Assembly (NCBI GenBank): GCA_963823665.1 | Contig: CAWGMQ010000003.1 | Location: 1 to 64,000, forward strand | DNA from: an uncultured Planctomycetota bacterium | GTDB lineage: Bacteria; Planctomycetota; Planctomycetia; Isosphaerales; Isosphaeraceae | Length of the DNA stretch: 64,000 nucleotides | Reading direction: 5' to 3' | Shown: piece by piece, positions 32,141 to 43,881 of the stretch | How the letters are laid out: every line of letters begins with the position of its first letter | How positions within the stretch are numbered: the first letter of the stretch is position 1 | The notes under the pieces: model-generated | Database searches by the model: none | Told to the model about the DNA's origin: nothing | Seen by the model: the letters and a program-made list of their open reading frames with translations, nothing else | Made by a program: the position numbers and the translations under genes

Positions 32141-33252
32141 GTGAGAAGGACGGGACCAAAATGGGTAAGCGGGTTGTGCTCGCGATGAGCGGCGGGGTGG
32201 ATAGCTCAGTCGCGGCCGTGTTGCTCAAGGGGCAAGGCTATGACGTGGTCGGCATCTTCATGCGGACGGGGGCCGCGGTGGAGGATGTCGAGCGGCGGGC
32301 GAAGACGTGTTGCAGCGTGGCCGATGCGGCCGATGCGCGCAACGTCGCCGATCGGCTGGATATTCCGTTCTACGCACTCGATTTCGAGCGCGAGTTTGCG
32401 CGGATCGAGGATTACTTCGCGGACGAATACCTCGCCGGCAGAACGCCGAACCCATGCGTGATGTGCAATATCTGGCTCAAGTTCGGCAAGCTCTGGGGAT
32501 ATGGAAAGCAGGTCGGGGCGGATTTCGTGGCGACGGGGCATTATGCGAGGATCGTCCAGACGGGCGACGGCGCGTCTCGAATTGGACGGGGGCTCGATCG
32601 CGAGAAAGATCAGTCATACGTGCTGTTCGGCCTCAAGCGCGAGCTTTTGCCCCACGTGCTGCTTCCGGTTGGCGAATATACGAAGCCGGAGATCCGGGCG
32701 ATCGCGCGCGAACACAATCTGCCGGTGCACGACAAGCCGGACAGCCAGGAGATCTGCTTCGTGCCCGACGATGATTACCTTTCGTTCGTGCGCGAGCGCC
32801 GGCCCGGGCAAGCGACGGCAGGAGCGATCGTCGACGGGGACGGAACGGTCGTGGCCGAGCATTCGGGAATCGAGGCGTTCACGATCGGCCAGCGGCGGGG
32901 GCTGGGGGTTGCGCTCGGCACGCCTCGGTATGTGGTGCAAATCGAGCCAGAGACCCGGACGGTCCGCCTGGGCAGCAGAGTCGAGCTCGAGAAGGCGGGC
33001 CTTACTGCCGCGCGGTTCAACTGGCAGGGACCCGTGCCCGAAGGGCCCGTTCAGTGCATGGCGCAGATACGGGCGCAGCATCGAGCAGTGGCGGCTCGCG
33101 TGTGGGCTCTCGAAGGCGGGCGAGCGAAGGTGGTATTCGACGTTCCGCAGACGGCCATTGCGCCCGGGCAAGTGGTCACGGTCTACGAGGACGACCTCGT
33201 GCTGGGCGGCGGCTGGATCGAGGGGGCGCTCGAGGGGCCGTCTTGCGAATGA
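32137..33252 (+). CDS. mnmA: tRNA 2-thiouridylase
   Basis: AMSGGVDSSV, GRTPNPCVMCN, ATGHYAR, KDQSY, DSQEICF, TIGQRRGL. Confidence 0.97.
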   Translation: MSEKDGTKMGKRVVLAMSGGVDSSVAAVLLKGQGYDVVGIFMRTGAAVEDVERRAKTCCSVADAADARNVADRLDIPFYALDFEREFARIEDYFADEYLAGRTPNPCVMCNIWLKFGKLWGYGKQVGADFVATGHYARIVQTGDGASRIGRGLDREKDQSYVLFGLKRELLPHVLLPVGEYTKPEIRAIAREHNLPVHDKPDSQEICFVPDDDYLSFVRERRPGQATAGAIVDGDGTVVAEHSGIEAFTIGQRRGLGVALGTPRYVVQIEPETRTVRLGSRVELEKAGLTAARFNWQGPVPEGPVQCMAQIRAQHRAVAARVWALEGGRAKVVFDVPQTAIAPGQVVTVYEDDLVLGGGWIEGALEGPSCE

Positions 33253-33396
33253 GCAAAGCGGTTATTTCATTCTGGCGAAAAGCGAAATCATTGGATAGAC
33301 TTCACCATCGTGGCGTGGAGGGCTCGCCGAAAGAGCGGTGTGATGCCCAGCAGCGTGCGTGCGGCGCATGACACCTTGGATACGGGAGTGGCTCGC

Positions 33397-35252
33397 ATGT
33401 TGCTAAAATTGACATGCCCCTCGTGTGGCCGTGTTGAGCAGGCGTCGGATCGGGTTCTGGGGAAGGAGATCCGCTGCCCGTGCGGGACTCAGTTCCGCGT
33501 GCTCCAGCCGAAACCGGCCGCCCCGGCCGCGCCGCCGCGAGCGGCGGCCCAGGCACCAGTTCGCCGGGAGCGAGCGCCGGAACCTCCGCCGGCGACGCGC
33601 CGGCCCGAGACCGAGACTCGATCGCGACCAGCGGCGAGCAGGCCGCGCGAGCCCGTAAAGACCCCGCGCGCGCGCCCTTTTCGCTGGACGACGACGACCG
33701 GCCGGTTCGATATCAACCGCCGAAACCGAAGCGGAAGGCAAGCTCCGGCATGCCGCCGTGGGCCTATGCGGCCGTTGGGGCCGGCGGAGTCATGTCGCTG
33801 TTGCTCATGATCTTCGTGGTCAAATCGCTGGTAGGCGGTCCCGAGGCGCCGGCGGCTTTACCAGACGCTTCAAGCCCGGTGGCTCTCAAGACACCACCGG
33901 AGGGTAAGCAGGCGCCGATTGAAACGGCCGCAGCCGCGCCGGAACCTGCAAGCCCGAGGAACCCTGAGCCGGCGGCGTCCGCACCGCCGCGGGAACGGCC
34001 AGCCCCGGCGAGAAGCGGCGAGACGCTTACCACGGCCGAGATCGTGGCGCGGTGCGAGCCGTCGGTCGCCCTGATCAAGGGGAGCGTCGGGAGTGGAACG
34101 GGGTTCGTCATCGAGCGCGGAATCATCGCGACCAACGCGCACGTGATCGAGGACGAGCTGCTTGCCGCGATCGAGGTTCGATTTCCTGGGGCGCCCGAGG
34201 GCAAGCAGGGCCCGCTCAAGGCGCGGTTGCTCTACGAGGACCGTAAGCGAGACGTGGCGTTCCTGGCCGTCCAGACGGATCTACCCGTGCTCGAGCTGGC
34301 CCCCAATTATGCGTTTCAGAAAGGGGAAGACGTCACGGTGATCGGCAATCCGGGGCTCGGCGAAAACGTTGTGCTCGAGAACGCGATCAGCCGCGGCGTC
34401 ATGAGCTCCAAGATCGTGATCGAGGGGATGAATTATTATCAGATGAGCATCGCGATCAACCCGGGTAATTCCGGCGGCCCGGTTTTCGACTCGGCGGGCC
34501 GGGTGATCGGGGTGGCGACGCTCAAGTCGAACAAGGCCGAGGCGATGGGGTTCTGCATTCCGGTGGAGGAGCTGCGGCTGGCCACCAAACAGCTCGGCCA
34601 GTCGCATCCCGAAATGGTCACCCGCCACCGCGCCGTGGCCACGTTCAAGGCGCTCACGCTGGCCGGTGTGCTGTACGTGGTGGGAATCGTCGCTCGCTCG
34701 GGGCGCGCGGAGGGAGCGAATCCCGAGGCCGTGCAGAAGATTCAAGAGGCTGTGAAAACGCTGGACGAGAAGCTGTTCTCGCAGGTTGACGTGGAGATCG
34801 CCGGACTTCAGCGCGAGCCGTCCCTTTCGCCGCGCACCAGGCGCAATTATCAGGAGCTCTCCGCGAACTACAAGGCCATGAAGCAGGTGTACGGGTATTC
34901 TCCTCAGCAAGTCAATCAGTCTGCCAACCATATCGAGGAATTGAGGAAACAGCACTTGAACCTGGTGATGTCGATCAAGGACGCGCTTCAGGTCGAAGTA
35001 GCGGACAAGCTGCTGGCGGTGCTGAGGGAGCCACTTACGGCCAATCAGCAGCAGGTGGTTGTGGTGGACATGATGCCTCCCGGGATGCAACGTGGATTCC
35101 AGCAGCGCGGCCCGGGCCGGGGCATGGGCCCGCGAGGGCAGATGGGGCCGGGAGCGATGATGCCGGGCCAGCAGTTGCACAATCAGATGATGAGGCGAAT
35201 GGAGCAGCAGAGGCGGCAGATCGAGAACCAGTTGCGGAACATGCGGCCCTGA
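33397..35252 (+). CDS. Membrane-anchored trypsin-like (S1C) serine protease with N-terminal zinc ribbon (1 frameshift)
   Basis: CPSC..CPC; TM helix; GSGTGF, TNAHV, INPGNSGGP. Confidence 0.85.
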
Positions 35253-35464
35253 GCGAGGAAGCGATTGCCAGAGCGACACGCGAGCAAGCAAACCTTGCCC
35301 AAGCGGCCGGAGTGGACTAAGATGGTTTTGGAGTTACGGCCGAGTGCCGGACATCGCCACGACGATGTCGCGAGCGAGAGTTGATCTCGATCCCACCCTT
35401 TCCCGCACGTTCGTCGCTCCATCTCTCGAGTCGACTTGAATACGGTCTTCTGACCTGAAGGAGA

Positions 35465-36652
35465 TTGTCTTTAATGATGGCGTGCGAGGAGGACCGTCAA
35501 TCCGCCGTTCGGCTCGGGCGAATCAGCCTGGTTCTCCGGCTCGCACCGGGAGCCTCGCTTTCGGCCGCGCGCTTGGCGGAGTATCGCGAACTCCTTCAGT
35601 CAGACGGATGGTTCGACTCAATTGAAATGATCGTGTCCGGGCCGGCCGGTCGATCTCTGACACCGGAGCTTGCGCAGGAGCGAGGAAACGGCGAAGGGCA
35701 TGACCGCGTGATCTACGTCGCTGCCAACGAAGGCCTGGAATGGTCGCCGATGGTCCGAGCGGGGCTGCGGGCGGCGACCGGAGATCATGTCGTTGTCCTG
35801 GACCTCGGCCGGAATTATTCCCCGCGCGCGCTCGCCGAGGTTCTTGCTCCGGTGCGGCTCGGCCACTGCGATATCGCCGTCGCGGTTCCCGAGCGCGATG
35901 GCGGCGGCCGGTTGTCGTGGGCCAGACCTGGCGCAGGCGTCGGCGTGATCACCCGCCGAATTCTGGGCACATCCGACGTGTTCTCAGGACTGTTTGCGCT
36001 CAAGCGATCGGTGTGGGAACGCGCCGGCAAGAGCGGGGCCGTGGCGAAGGGCCCGGTGCTCGATTCGCTGCTCAGGCGGCCGGCTCGCATCATGGACGTC
36101 AAGGTCGATGTCGACGATCAATTCAAGGCGCGTCAGGCGACATTCGCGGATCTACGCCCGCTCAAACACGCGCTCGACAGCCGGTTCGGCAACTATTCCC
36201 GGCTCGTGCAGTTCTGCATGGTCGGCGCATCAGGAATGGTCGTCGACTTGTCGTTCTACGCGCTGCTGCAATGGCTGTTGTCATTCACCGTGCTCGCCAC
36301 GCTCAAGTCGCCGGTGTTCTTCGGCGGTACGTGGCAGCTTGCAGTCGCGGCCGGGCTGGCAATCGCGATCGCGCTCGTGTGGAATTTCACCTTGAACCGG
36401 CGTCTCACGTTCAACGACGCCCGACATGGCTCACTGCCCCGGCAGTTCCTCACCTACGCGCTTTCAAACGCCCTCGCGATCGCGCTGAGTTTCTCGGTTC
36501 GGCTGTATCTTCCATCGCGGGTGGATTTCTTCGCGAGGCACCGGCTCGCGGCCGCTGTCGTGGGGATCGTCACCGCAACGGCAATCAGCTTCACGATGGC
36601 GCGGTGGCTCGTCTTTGCGCGGCGGCCGGAAGCGGGGGGTGGGGGCAGGTAG
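35465..36652 (+). CDS. Degenerate GT2-like domain fused to GtrA-family membrane domain
   Basis: GLRAATGDHVVVLD, SDVFSGLFA; QFCMVGASGMVVDL, WNFTLNRRLTF. Confidence 0.8.
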   Translation: MSLMMACEEDRQSAVRLGRISLVLRLAPGASLSAARLAEYRELLQSDGWFDSIEMIVSGPAGRSLTPELAQERGNGEGHDRVIYVAANEGLEWSPMVRAGLRAATGDHVVVLDLGRNYSPRALAEVLAPVRLGHCDIAVAVPERDGGGRLSWARPGAGVGVITRRILGTSDVFSGLFALKRSVWERAGKSGAVAKGPVLDSLLRRPARIMDVKVDVDDQFKARQATFADLRPLKHALDSRFGNYSRLVQFCMVGASGMVVDLSFYALLQWLLSFTVLATLKSPVFFGGTWQLAVAAGLAIAIALVWNFTLNRRLTFNDARHGSLPRQFLTYALSNALAIALSFSVRLYLPSRVDFFARHRLAAAVVGIVTATAISFTMARWLVFARRPEAGGGGR

Positions 36653-36672
36653 ACTCGGGGCTCGCGTCTTGA

Positions 36673-36720
36673 TTCGGGGCTCACGCCCCGAGCTACGTGA
36701 TGTCGCCCCTCCGGGGCTAC
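36673..36720. repeat. REP-like palindrome between convergent genes
   Basis: tcggggc-tcac-gccccga stem followed by gcccctccggggc. Confidence 0.55.
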
Positions 36721-37025
36721 TTGCATGGATTCCTGTTAAAATGAACTGAGGGATTTGACAAATTGGGGGCTTTGGGTCATAATTGAGGGCCTGTCCCCAC
36801 CGAACTCGCTGTGCAGCGGGCTTTTCAAATCGTGTTGAGTTCTCGCCCTGCGCCGGGATTGGGTGTCTGCCCTTTTTTCGCGGGCCGGGGAGCGTATCAC
36901 GATCAATCCTTTGGGCGTTCCGCGCGGTTCAAGAACCATTGGCAACAATCGCCGGAATCCTCGCTGACGCTTCGGGTTAGTGTGAGTGGCGGGGCCTCGC
37001 AAGTGCGCGGCCACGGTTTCGGCCG

Positions 37026-38260
37026 TCAGTGCGGCGGCGAGAGCGATTGCGAAGCCGAGTCGTTCTTTCCCAGCGAGAGGGACGCACCCGAAGCGATCAA
37101 GGCGATGGCGGGGACGATCGGGGCGCGCATGCGGAGGTCGGACCAGTAGAACGCGTGGACGATCGTGAGGCCCAGGATGGCCAGAGGCGCTGCGATGCGG
37201 GGCCATGACCAGACGGCGGGCTGAAAGAGACCGATCACCAGTGCGAGAAAGAGAGGCAGGGTCCATAAAAGAGTCGCGATTCGAGCGGGCGTGGGATAGA
37301 CCGAAGCAGTCGGCGCCACGGACCAGAAATGCCCAAGCCTGGCCAGCGTTGCATGTGCGAAGTCGACCGGCTGCCGGCGCGCAGCGAGAGCACCTCGTTT
37401 CTGAGGTAGCGGTCTGCTTCGGGCTCGGACATGCCGGCGGTCTCGCGCGTAATTGAATCGGCCCAGAGCCACTGGTCGTGGCCAGACCAGACGCGGCCGC
37501 TTGGTCCGTTCAAGACATCACGGTAATACACGGGGTTATTGGCCAGCGCCAGGGTGTAGCCTCCGTGAGTCGTTGCCCAGATCGGCTCGCCCAGTTGCAT
37601 GAGGTTGCGGACCATCCATGGAGAAAGCACGAGCAATGACGAAAACGCGAGGAGCGCGGCTCGCGCGAAGCGCGTCGACGCGGGGCCGGGCCGGGCGAGA
37701 GCGCCGACGGCGATCGCCAGCAGAATGCCCGGGACGACGCTGGGGCGGCAAAGCGCGGCCAAACCGAATGCAAGACCCCCCAGGAGCGGGCCTTGCCAGG
37801 CTGGGCGGCATAAGCCGGCAAACCCCAGTGCCAGCAGGAATGCCGTGGGCGTCTCCGTCATCACCGAGCGGCATTGCCACACGAGTACGGGGTCGCAGGC
37901 GACAATAAACGCAGCGAGATTGGCGCGACGATTCGACAGACCGAACCCGCGGGCGGCTTTTGCTGTCAACCAGACGGTGCCGGCGCCAAGGACAACGTGC
38001 AAGAGCGCGATTGCCGGGTAGGACATCTCTCCGGTCTTCGAGACCAGCCCGGCCAGCAACAGCGGATAGAGCGGAGGACGATAGGCTGTGGGCCTTCCTC
38101 GCAGCACAAAGCCGTTGCCTTCGGCAACCGACCGTGCCAGCGGCACGTAATTATCGGGGTCGTCGAACCCACCTGAGGTGAGCGACATCACCCCGATGCG
38201 CATGGCGACCGCCAGCAGGACGACTCCCCAGAGAGGATCAAGTCGCAAGCGATGTGGCAT
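37026..38260 (-). CDS. GT-C fold (ArnT/PMT-like) membrane glycosyltransferase (1 frameshift)
   Basis: DDPDNYVPLA, PTAYRPPLYP, MTETPTAFL, PWMVRN, DLRMRAP. Confidence 0.8.
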
Positions 38261-38387
38261 CAAGGTAGAGCGGCCTGCTGGAACTCGGGCAATGGGTGGG
38301 GACCATGGCCGGATTGACGGTGATTCATTGTATAATCCCTCGAACGAGACTGAATTCCCAAGCCCTTGCTCTGGAGCGAGCTTTCCG

Positions 38388-39404
38388 ATGGTAGAGCGTC
38401 CGATTCTCCTTTCGCTTACGACCATGCACGAAGCCGGGCTGAAGATCTTGCGCGAATCGACCGAGCTGCGCATGGCCAGCGCCCTCGATGCAGCGACCTT
38501 GCAGCGTGAAGTCGTCGGGGCCGACGCGCTCATCATCCGGACCGGGGGTGTCGTCGACGCCGCCCTGCTCGATCGCGGCGAGAAGCTCAAGGTCGTGGGC
38601 CGGCACGGCGTGGGATACGATCAAATCGACATCGAGGCCGCAACGGCCCACGGCGTCCAGGTTGTCTATACCCCGGGCGCCAACACACAGAGCGTCGCCG
38701 AACACGTGTTCGCACTGATGATCGGGCTGTCGCGGCACTTTCCCAGAATGACCGCCGGTCTGCTTGCTGGCAATTACCACATTCGAACCAGCATGACCGG
38801 GCGCGAGATCGCCGGCAAGACTCTTGGGATCATCGGCTTCGGCCGGATTGGCCGGCTGGTGGGTGAAATCGCCCATCGCGGGTTCGGGATGAAGGTGCTG
38901 TATCACGATATCGTCGCGCCGCCCGCCGAAATCGAGGCACGCGCAAACGCCCGCCGCACAACGTTCGACGATGTGCTCAAGCTTTCCGATTATGTCACAT
39001 TGCACGTACCACTGGATTCGAGTACCCGGCGAATGATCAACCGCGACACGCTCGCCTTGATGCGACCGGATGCGATCCTGATCAACACCTGCCGCGGACC
39101 GGTGGTCGACGAAGACGCGGTGAAGCTCGCTCTGGACGCACATCGCCTCTGGGGCTATGGCGCCGACGTCTTCACCGTCGAGCCGCCGCCGCCGGGCCAC
39201 CCGCTGATCGGCCGCGACGACGTGATCGTCACACCCCACAGCGCCGCTCAAACCGAAGAAGGGCTGCGCACGATGGCGGTGACGATCGCGACAGACGTGG
39301 TGGGCATTCTTGGCGGTAAACCACCAATGAATCCTGTGAATGATCCCGATGAAGTTGAGGCTGTGCGGAGGGAGCTTGGGCGGAATCGTAGAACCACTGG
39401 CTAG
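38388..39404 (+). CDS. D-isomer-specific 2-hydroxyacid dehydrogenase (SerA-like)
   Basis: RHGVGYDQID, GKTLGIIGFGRIG, LINTCRG, TPHSAA. Confidence 0.92.
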   Translation: MVERPILLSLTTMHEAGLKILRESTELRMASALDAATLQREVVGADALIIRTGGVVDAALLDRGEKLKVVGRHGVGYDQIDIEAATAHGVQVVYTPGANTQSVAEHVFALMIGLSRHFPRMTAGLLAGNYHIRTSMTGREIAGKTLGIIGFGRIGRLVGEIAHRGFGMKVLYHDIVAPPAEIEARANARRTTFDDVLKLSDYVTLHVPLDSSTRRMINRDTLALMRPDAILINTCRGPVVDEDAVKLALDAHRLWGYGADVFTVEPPPPGHPLIGRDDVIVTPHSAAQTEEGLRTMAVTIATDVVGILGGKPPMNPVNDPDEVEAVRRELGRNRRTTG

Positions 39405-42400
39405 CGTTTGACGTTTGATGATTCGCTCAGGAAAGCAACCAGATCCGCGGGCTCGTGATAGCCTTCGATGTGCCCGCGGAAGTCACCTTTGGGCGAAAGC
39501 ACGACGAAGGACGGCACGGTGGCTGTCTTCGTCAGCTTGACCAGCCGATCCTGGTTATTCTCGGCGAGCTTTTCACGTTGCTCAGGGGTGATCGACCGGA
39601 TCGGCACATTGTCGATGTACAGCTTGACCGTCACGAAACTCTTGAGCTTCGCGACAACCTCCGGCTGCGGCAACACCCGGCGCTCCATTAACCGTCCATT
39701 CGCATCATTGATGCCCGAGAAATGAACCAGGACCGGCTTGTTTTCCAGCACCGCCGTCTCGCGGGCCTGATCCAGGCTCATTCCCCAGACCACGCCATCC
39801 ACCGTTTTCTCTTCCCGTTCGGCACGCTCCGGGTCATTGGACGTGGCCCTCGCCTCGCGGGCCGGCTGCTTGCCGTCATTCTCAGCTCGGGGCGGGTTTT
39901 TCTTCGCATCCGTATTCGTCACCGCGGGAAATCGGCCGAGCGCGTGGCTCAAGAAATCAAGGAACACCGGCGGATCATTGTAGCCCCCCATTCGCCCGAG
40001 CACCTCGCCCTCTGCCGTCAGCACCACGTAAAACGGGTTGGTCGCCTCTTTCGCGAGCTTCAGCAGGCGCACCTGATTGGCGCCGGCCAGTTCTTCGCGC
40101 GCGTCGGGTGTGATCGAGGAGATCGGGACGAAGTCGGTGTAGAGCTGCACCGTCACGAACTTTTTGAGCAGCGAGATGACTTCGGGACGGGGCAGCACGT
40201 TGCTTTCCATCAAGCGGCAATTCGAGCAATTGACTCCCGTGAAGTCGATCAGGATCGGCTTTTTCTCAGACGCAGCCAGCTCGCGGGCTTGCTCGAAGCT
40301 CATTCCCCAGAGGACGCCGTGCAGCTTCTTCTCTTCTTTCTCCGCCTGAGCCGGATCGGTGGAGGTCGCCTTCACCGCTTGACTGGCAACGCCCCCAGTT
40401 TCCGGTCCAGCGGCGGCGAATGCCGGCGTGCTGAACTCGCTGGCATCGGGCGGGAGAATTCCCACGATCAACCGATCCCAAACCAAGCTCTTGGGCGGCC
40501 GGCCAAAGAGCGCGGGTGCCATGTAGATCGCCAGACCCAGGAAGGCTGCGCCGAAAATGATCCTGCCGGTGCCCACCTTGACGTCGCCGTGATCGTGGTC
40601 GGTGCGGAAGATGCCGAGGAGATAGAGGCCGCATACGACGGAAAGGGCGATCCAGCAGGTCAGGATGACACTTGCGTCAAACCAGGCATCTTCCGGTACG
40701 ACGCACGCCAGCTCGGCGGTATTGATGAACTTGAGGGCGGCTCCAATCTCGACCAGGCCGCCAACGACCTTGACGGCGTTCATCCAGTCTCCGCTGCGCG
40801 GCATCTTCGAGATCAATCCCGGCGAAAGGGCGAGCAGCAGAAACGGAAACGCAAGGACGGTGGCGAAGGTTGCCAGGCCGACGATCGGATAAAAGAAATT
40901 ACCGCCGGCGGCCATCACCAGCAGCCCGCCGACGACGGGAAACGTGCAGGTGAACGAAGTGATCGTGAGCGTCAGCGCCATGAAGAACACGCCGACCAGA
41001 CCACCGCGGCCCTCGTTATGCGCCGAGGCGTTCAAGAGAAAGCTGGGCAGCCGCAGCTCGAAGAGGCCGAGCAGGCTGAGGCCAAAGATCACAAAAAGGC
41101 CCGCGACGAACAGGTTGAGCCAGGGGTTGTTGGCGAGGTTCTGGAGCGAGCTGGCCGAGAAGAAGAATGAGAACAGCACACCCACCGCCGTGAAGACGCC
41201 AATGATCGAGAGGCAGTACATGAACGCGAGCCCGGTTGCCTTCTTTCGGCCTGACGTCCCCTGCCCTTGCTTGATGAAGAAGTTGACCGTGATCGGCACC
41301 ATCGGCCAGACGCACGGCATGACCAGGGCAAACAGACCGCCGAGCGCCGAGGCGAACAAGAACGGAATCAAGCCGGCCTGCGCCTTCTGGGCGATTTCGC
41401 TCTCGACTCCGGCGCAGCCGATGCTGGTACCGCCGGCGAGAACGGCCCGAACCCGCGGACGCGGCCGTGGCCGCTGCGGAGCTGACTGCTGGCTTCTCCG
41501 TCGGGCTCGACGGCGGCGTGCCTGGCGCGGCTGGCGGCTCGGACGCGTTCTTGAGAAGAGGAGCGGCCGCCGCACTGCCAGCGGCCTTCATCGGCGGCTT
41601 CGTGAGCTCGCCGTCGGAAGAGGCCGGCTCGGGCTTACTCGCGGCAGCAGCGGGCGGCGGGCTCGAATTCCCCGGCAGGAGAGTCAGCTCGGCGGCGGGA
41701 AGGGTCCAGTACGCCGGTGGGCTGCACGTACTGGCGTTGCAGATCATGTAGTGCACCTGGCACTGCAGCAGCTTCTTACCTGTCAGGGCACTGGAGGGAA
41801 CCTTGAGCTTGATGCTCCACGTCACCTCATCCTCGAAGTACTCGACGAACGGAACGTCCTCGAATCCCGGGTCCTTATGTTTGATCGGAGGTCGCGACGC
41901 AGTCCAGTCTCCCGCGAGCTCGAGCCCTTGGCGGTCAAAGAAGTCAAAGCTCGTCGGCAGCGGTCCAGCCCCGGCTTCCTTCGCGTATTGATAGATGTGA
42001 TAGCCCTGATCGAGCTTCGCCGTCACTTTGAAAGTCACGACGTCGCCGACCTTGGCCTGGGCCGGCTCGATGGACGTTGTGAACGTGGCCTGGGCCGGCC
42101 TGAAAGTCGCATCGCTGTCGGCCTTTGCGGGCTTGGCGTCCGCCGGGGCAGCGGCGGCGGACGGTTGGGCCGCCGGGGCAACGGCAGCGGCGGCCGGCTT
42201 CGCCGTCGCGGGTTCGGGGGCACCGCGGTTCGAGCACAGTCAGCTCGGCATCGGGGAGCGTCCACCTTCCCGGAATGCTGCATGTCTTGGCGTCACATAC
42301 CATGTACCGAACCTGGCAAAGCAGCGACTTCTTGCCGGGTGCCGTGCTGTCGGGGACCTTGAGCTTGATGCTCCAGGTCACCTCGTCTTCGTAGTACTCG

Positions 42401-42783
42401 ACGAATTCAAGGTCGGCAAAATTGGGGTCTTTGTGCTTCTCGGCATCACGCGACGCTTTCCACTCTCCCTCGACTTCCAGGCCCGCTCGCCCGAAAAAGT
42501 CGAAGCTGGTTGGAACCGGTCCACTTCCTTGTTTTTTCGAGTACTTATAGATGTGGTAGCCAGAATCCAGCTTCGCGGTCACCTTGAAGGTCACCACGTC
42601 ACCGGGCTTGGCCTGCGCCGGCTCGACCGCGGCCGTGAGCGTCGCCTGTGCCGGCTTGATTGCTTTCGGACTGTCCTTCTTGGCCGGTTTGGCCTCGTCA
42701 TCCGCCCGAACCGAGACAGAAGATGCCGATAGTCCTGTCAGGATTGTGGACACGATGAGCGGAAGCACCAAAGGTCTATGCAT
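39401..42783 (-). CDS. dsbD: DsbD-like protein-disulfide reductase: 2 N-terminal domains, TM domain, 2 thioredoxin-like domains (frameshifted)
   Basis: Two copies of GYHIY..C-x4-C; MPCVWPMVP; SFTCTFP; FTGVNCSNCR. Confidence 0.85.
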
Positions 42784-43190
42784 GATGAGGTCTTCCGAAG
42801 AGATTGGAGCCCGAACGAGTGACGGTGGTAAATCTTACAATGGGCCCGTGCGTGAATTCTCGATCGCTCTGGAATCTCGACACCATTCTAGCTCGCGCGC
42901 CGCAGCGGGACAACGCACGGAATCGGCCCGGATGGCCAGATCGAGAGAATCGGTAGCCTCAATTCATCGGGGTTCGGATTGACCGCGATACCGATCCGGC
43001 CTAAGATTCCCTCGCGCCAGAGGGTCGTCCCCCACCACGACTGCACTTCCTTAGCAGAGACTCCCTCGTCTGACCGGACAGTCGGCGCCCAGGGCGGGCT
43101 CGCGCCATTGTTCCTGGAATGAAGCGTGATTTCGTTCTCGGGCCCTTTTCGGCCAAGCCGATCGATTCCGACCCGCAAGGATCGTGCTGG

Positions 43191-43881
43191 ATGCGCAGAC
43201 TTTTGTTCGGGCTGATACCCTTGGTCGCGGCAGGCGCAGCCGGCTGGCTGATTGTCCTCGACCGCCAGGGGACGGCTGGTCTGGGATCACTGGGACGAGT
43301 CCAAGCGTGGAGTTCTTTACCGGAGCGGCCAGCTCACGAACGACCAGTTCACGGAGGCCACCCGTCGCTACGGAATCCGGACGGTCGTCAACCTGCAAAT
43401 GCCGGGTGAGGAGCTGGAAGAGGAGCGAGCGCTCGCGAAGCGTCTGAAGGTCGACTTCGTGAATCTACCCATGCCCGGCGACGGCTTCGGCGAAGAATGG
43501 CAATTTCGAGAGATCTTGAAGATCATCGATGATCCCGAGCGTCGCCCGGTGCTCGTTCATTGCGCCCGCGGCACTTGCCGCACCGGGGCCGCGGTCGCCA
43601 TGTACCGCTTCGAGCGCGACGGCTGGACCATCGATGACGTCGCCGTCGAGATGCGCCGACAGACCTATCGTTACGGTTGGCTTCCCGGCTACATCTACGC
43701 GATGGCGAAGAACAAGCCGGCGGCGGCCCTGCCCCAACCCGAGATGTTGTACGAGCACAACCAGCCGGGCGCTGAACCGACGCGAATCGGCAGGCGACGA
43801 AGCCTCCGCCGACTCGAGCAGCGGGAGCCGAAGCGACGATTTGCCCGGGGACGAGCGAAGCATCGAGGAGACGGCGCATGA
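43191..43881 (+). CDS. Dual-specificity/tyrosine phosphatase family protein (frameshifted)
   Basis: LYRSGQ, IRTVVNL, VLVHCARGTCRTG (CX5R). Confidence 0.85.
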
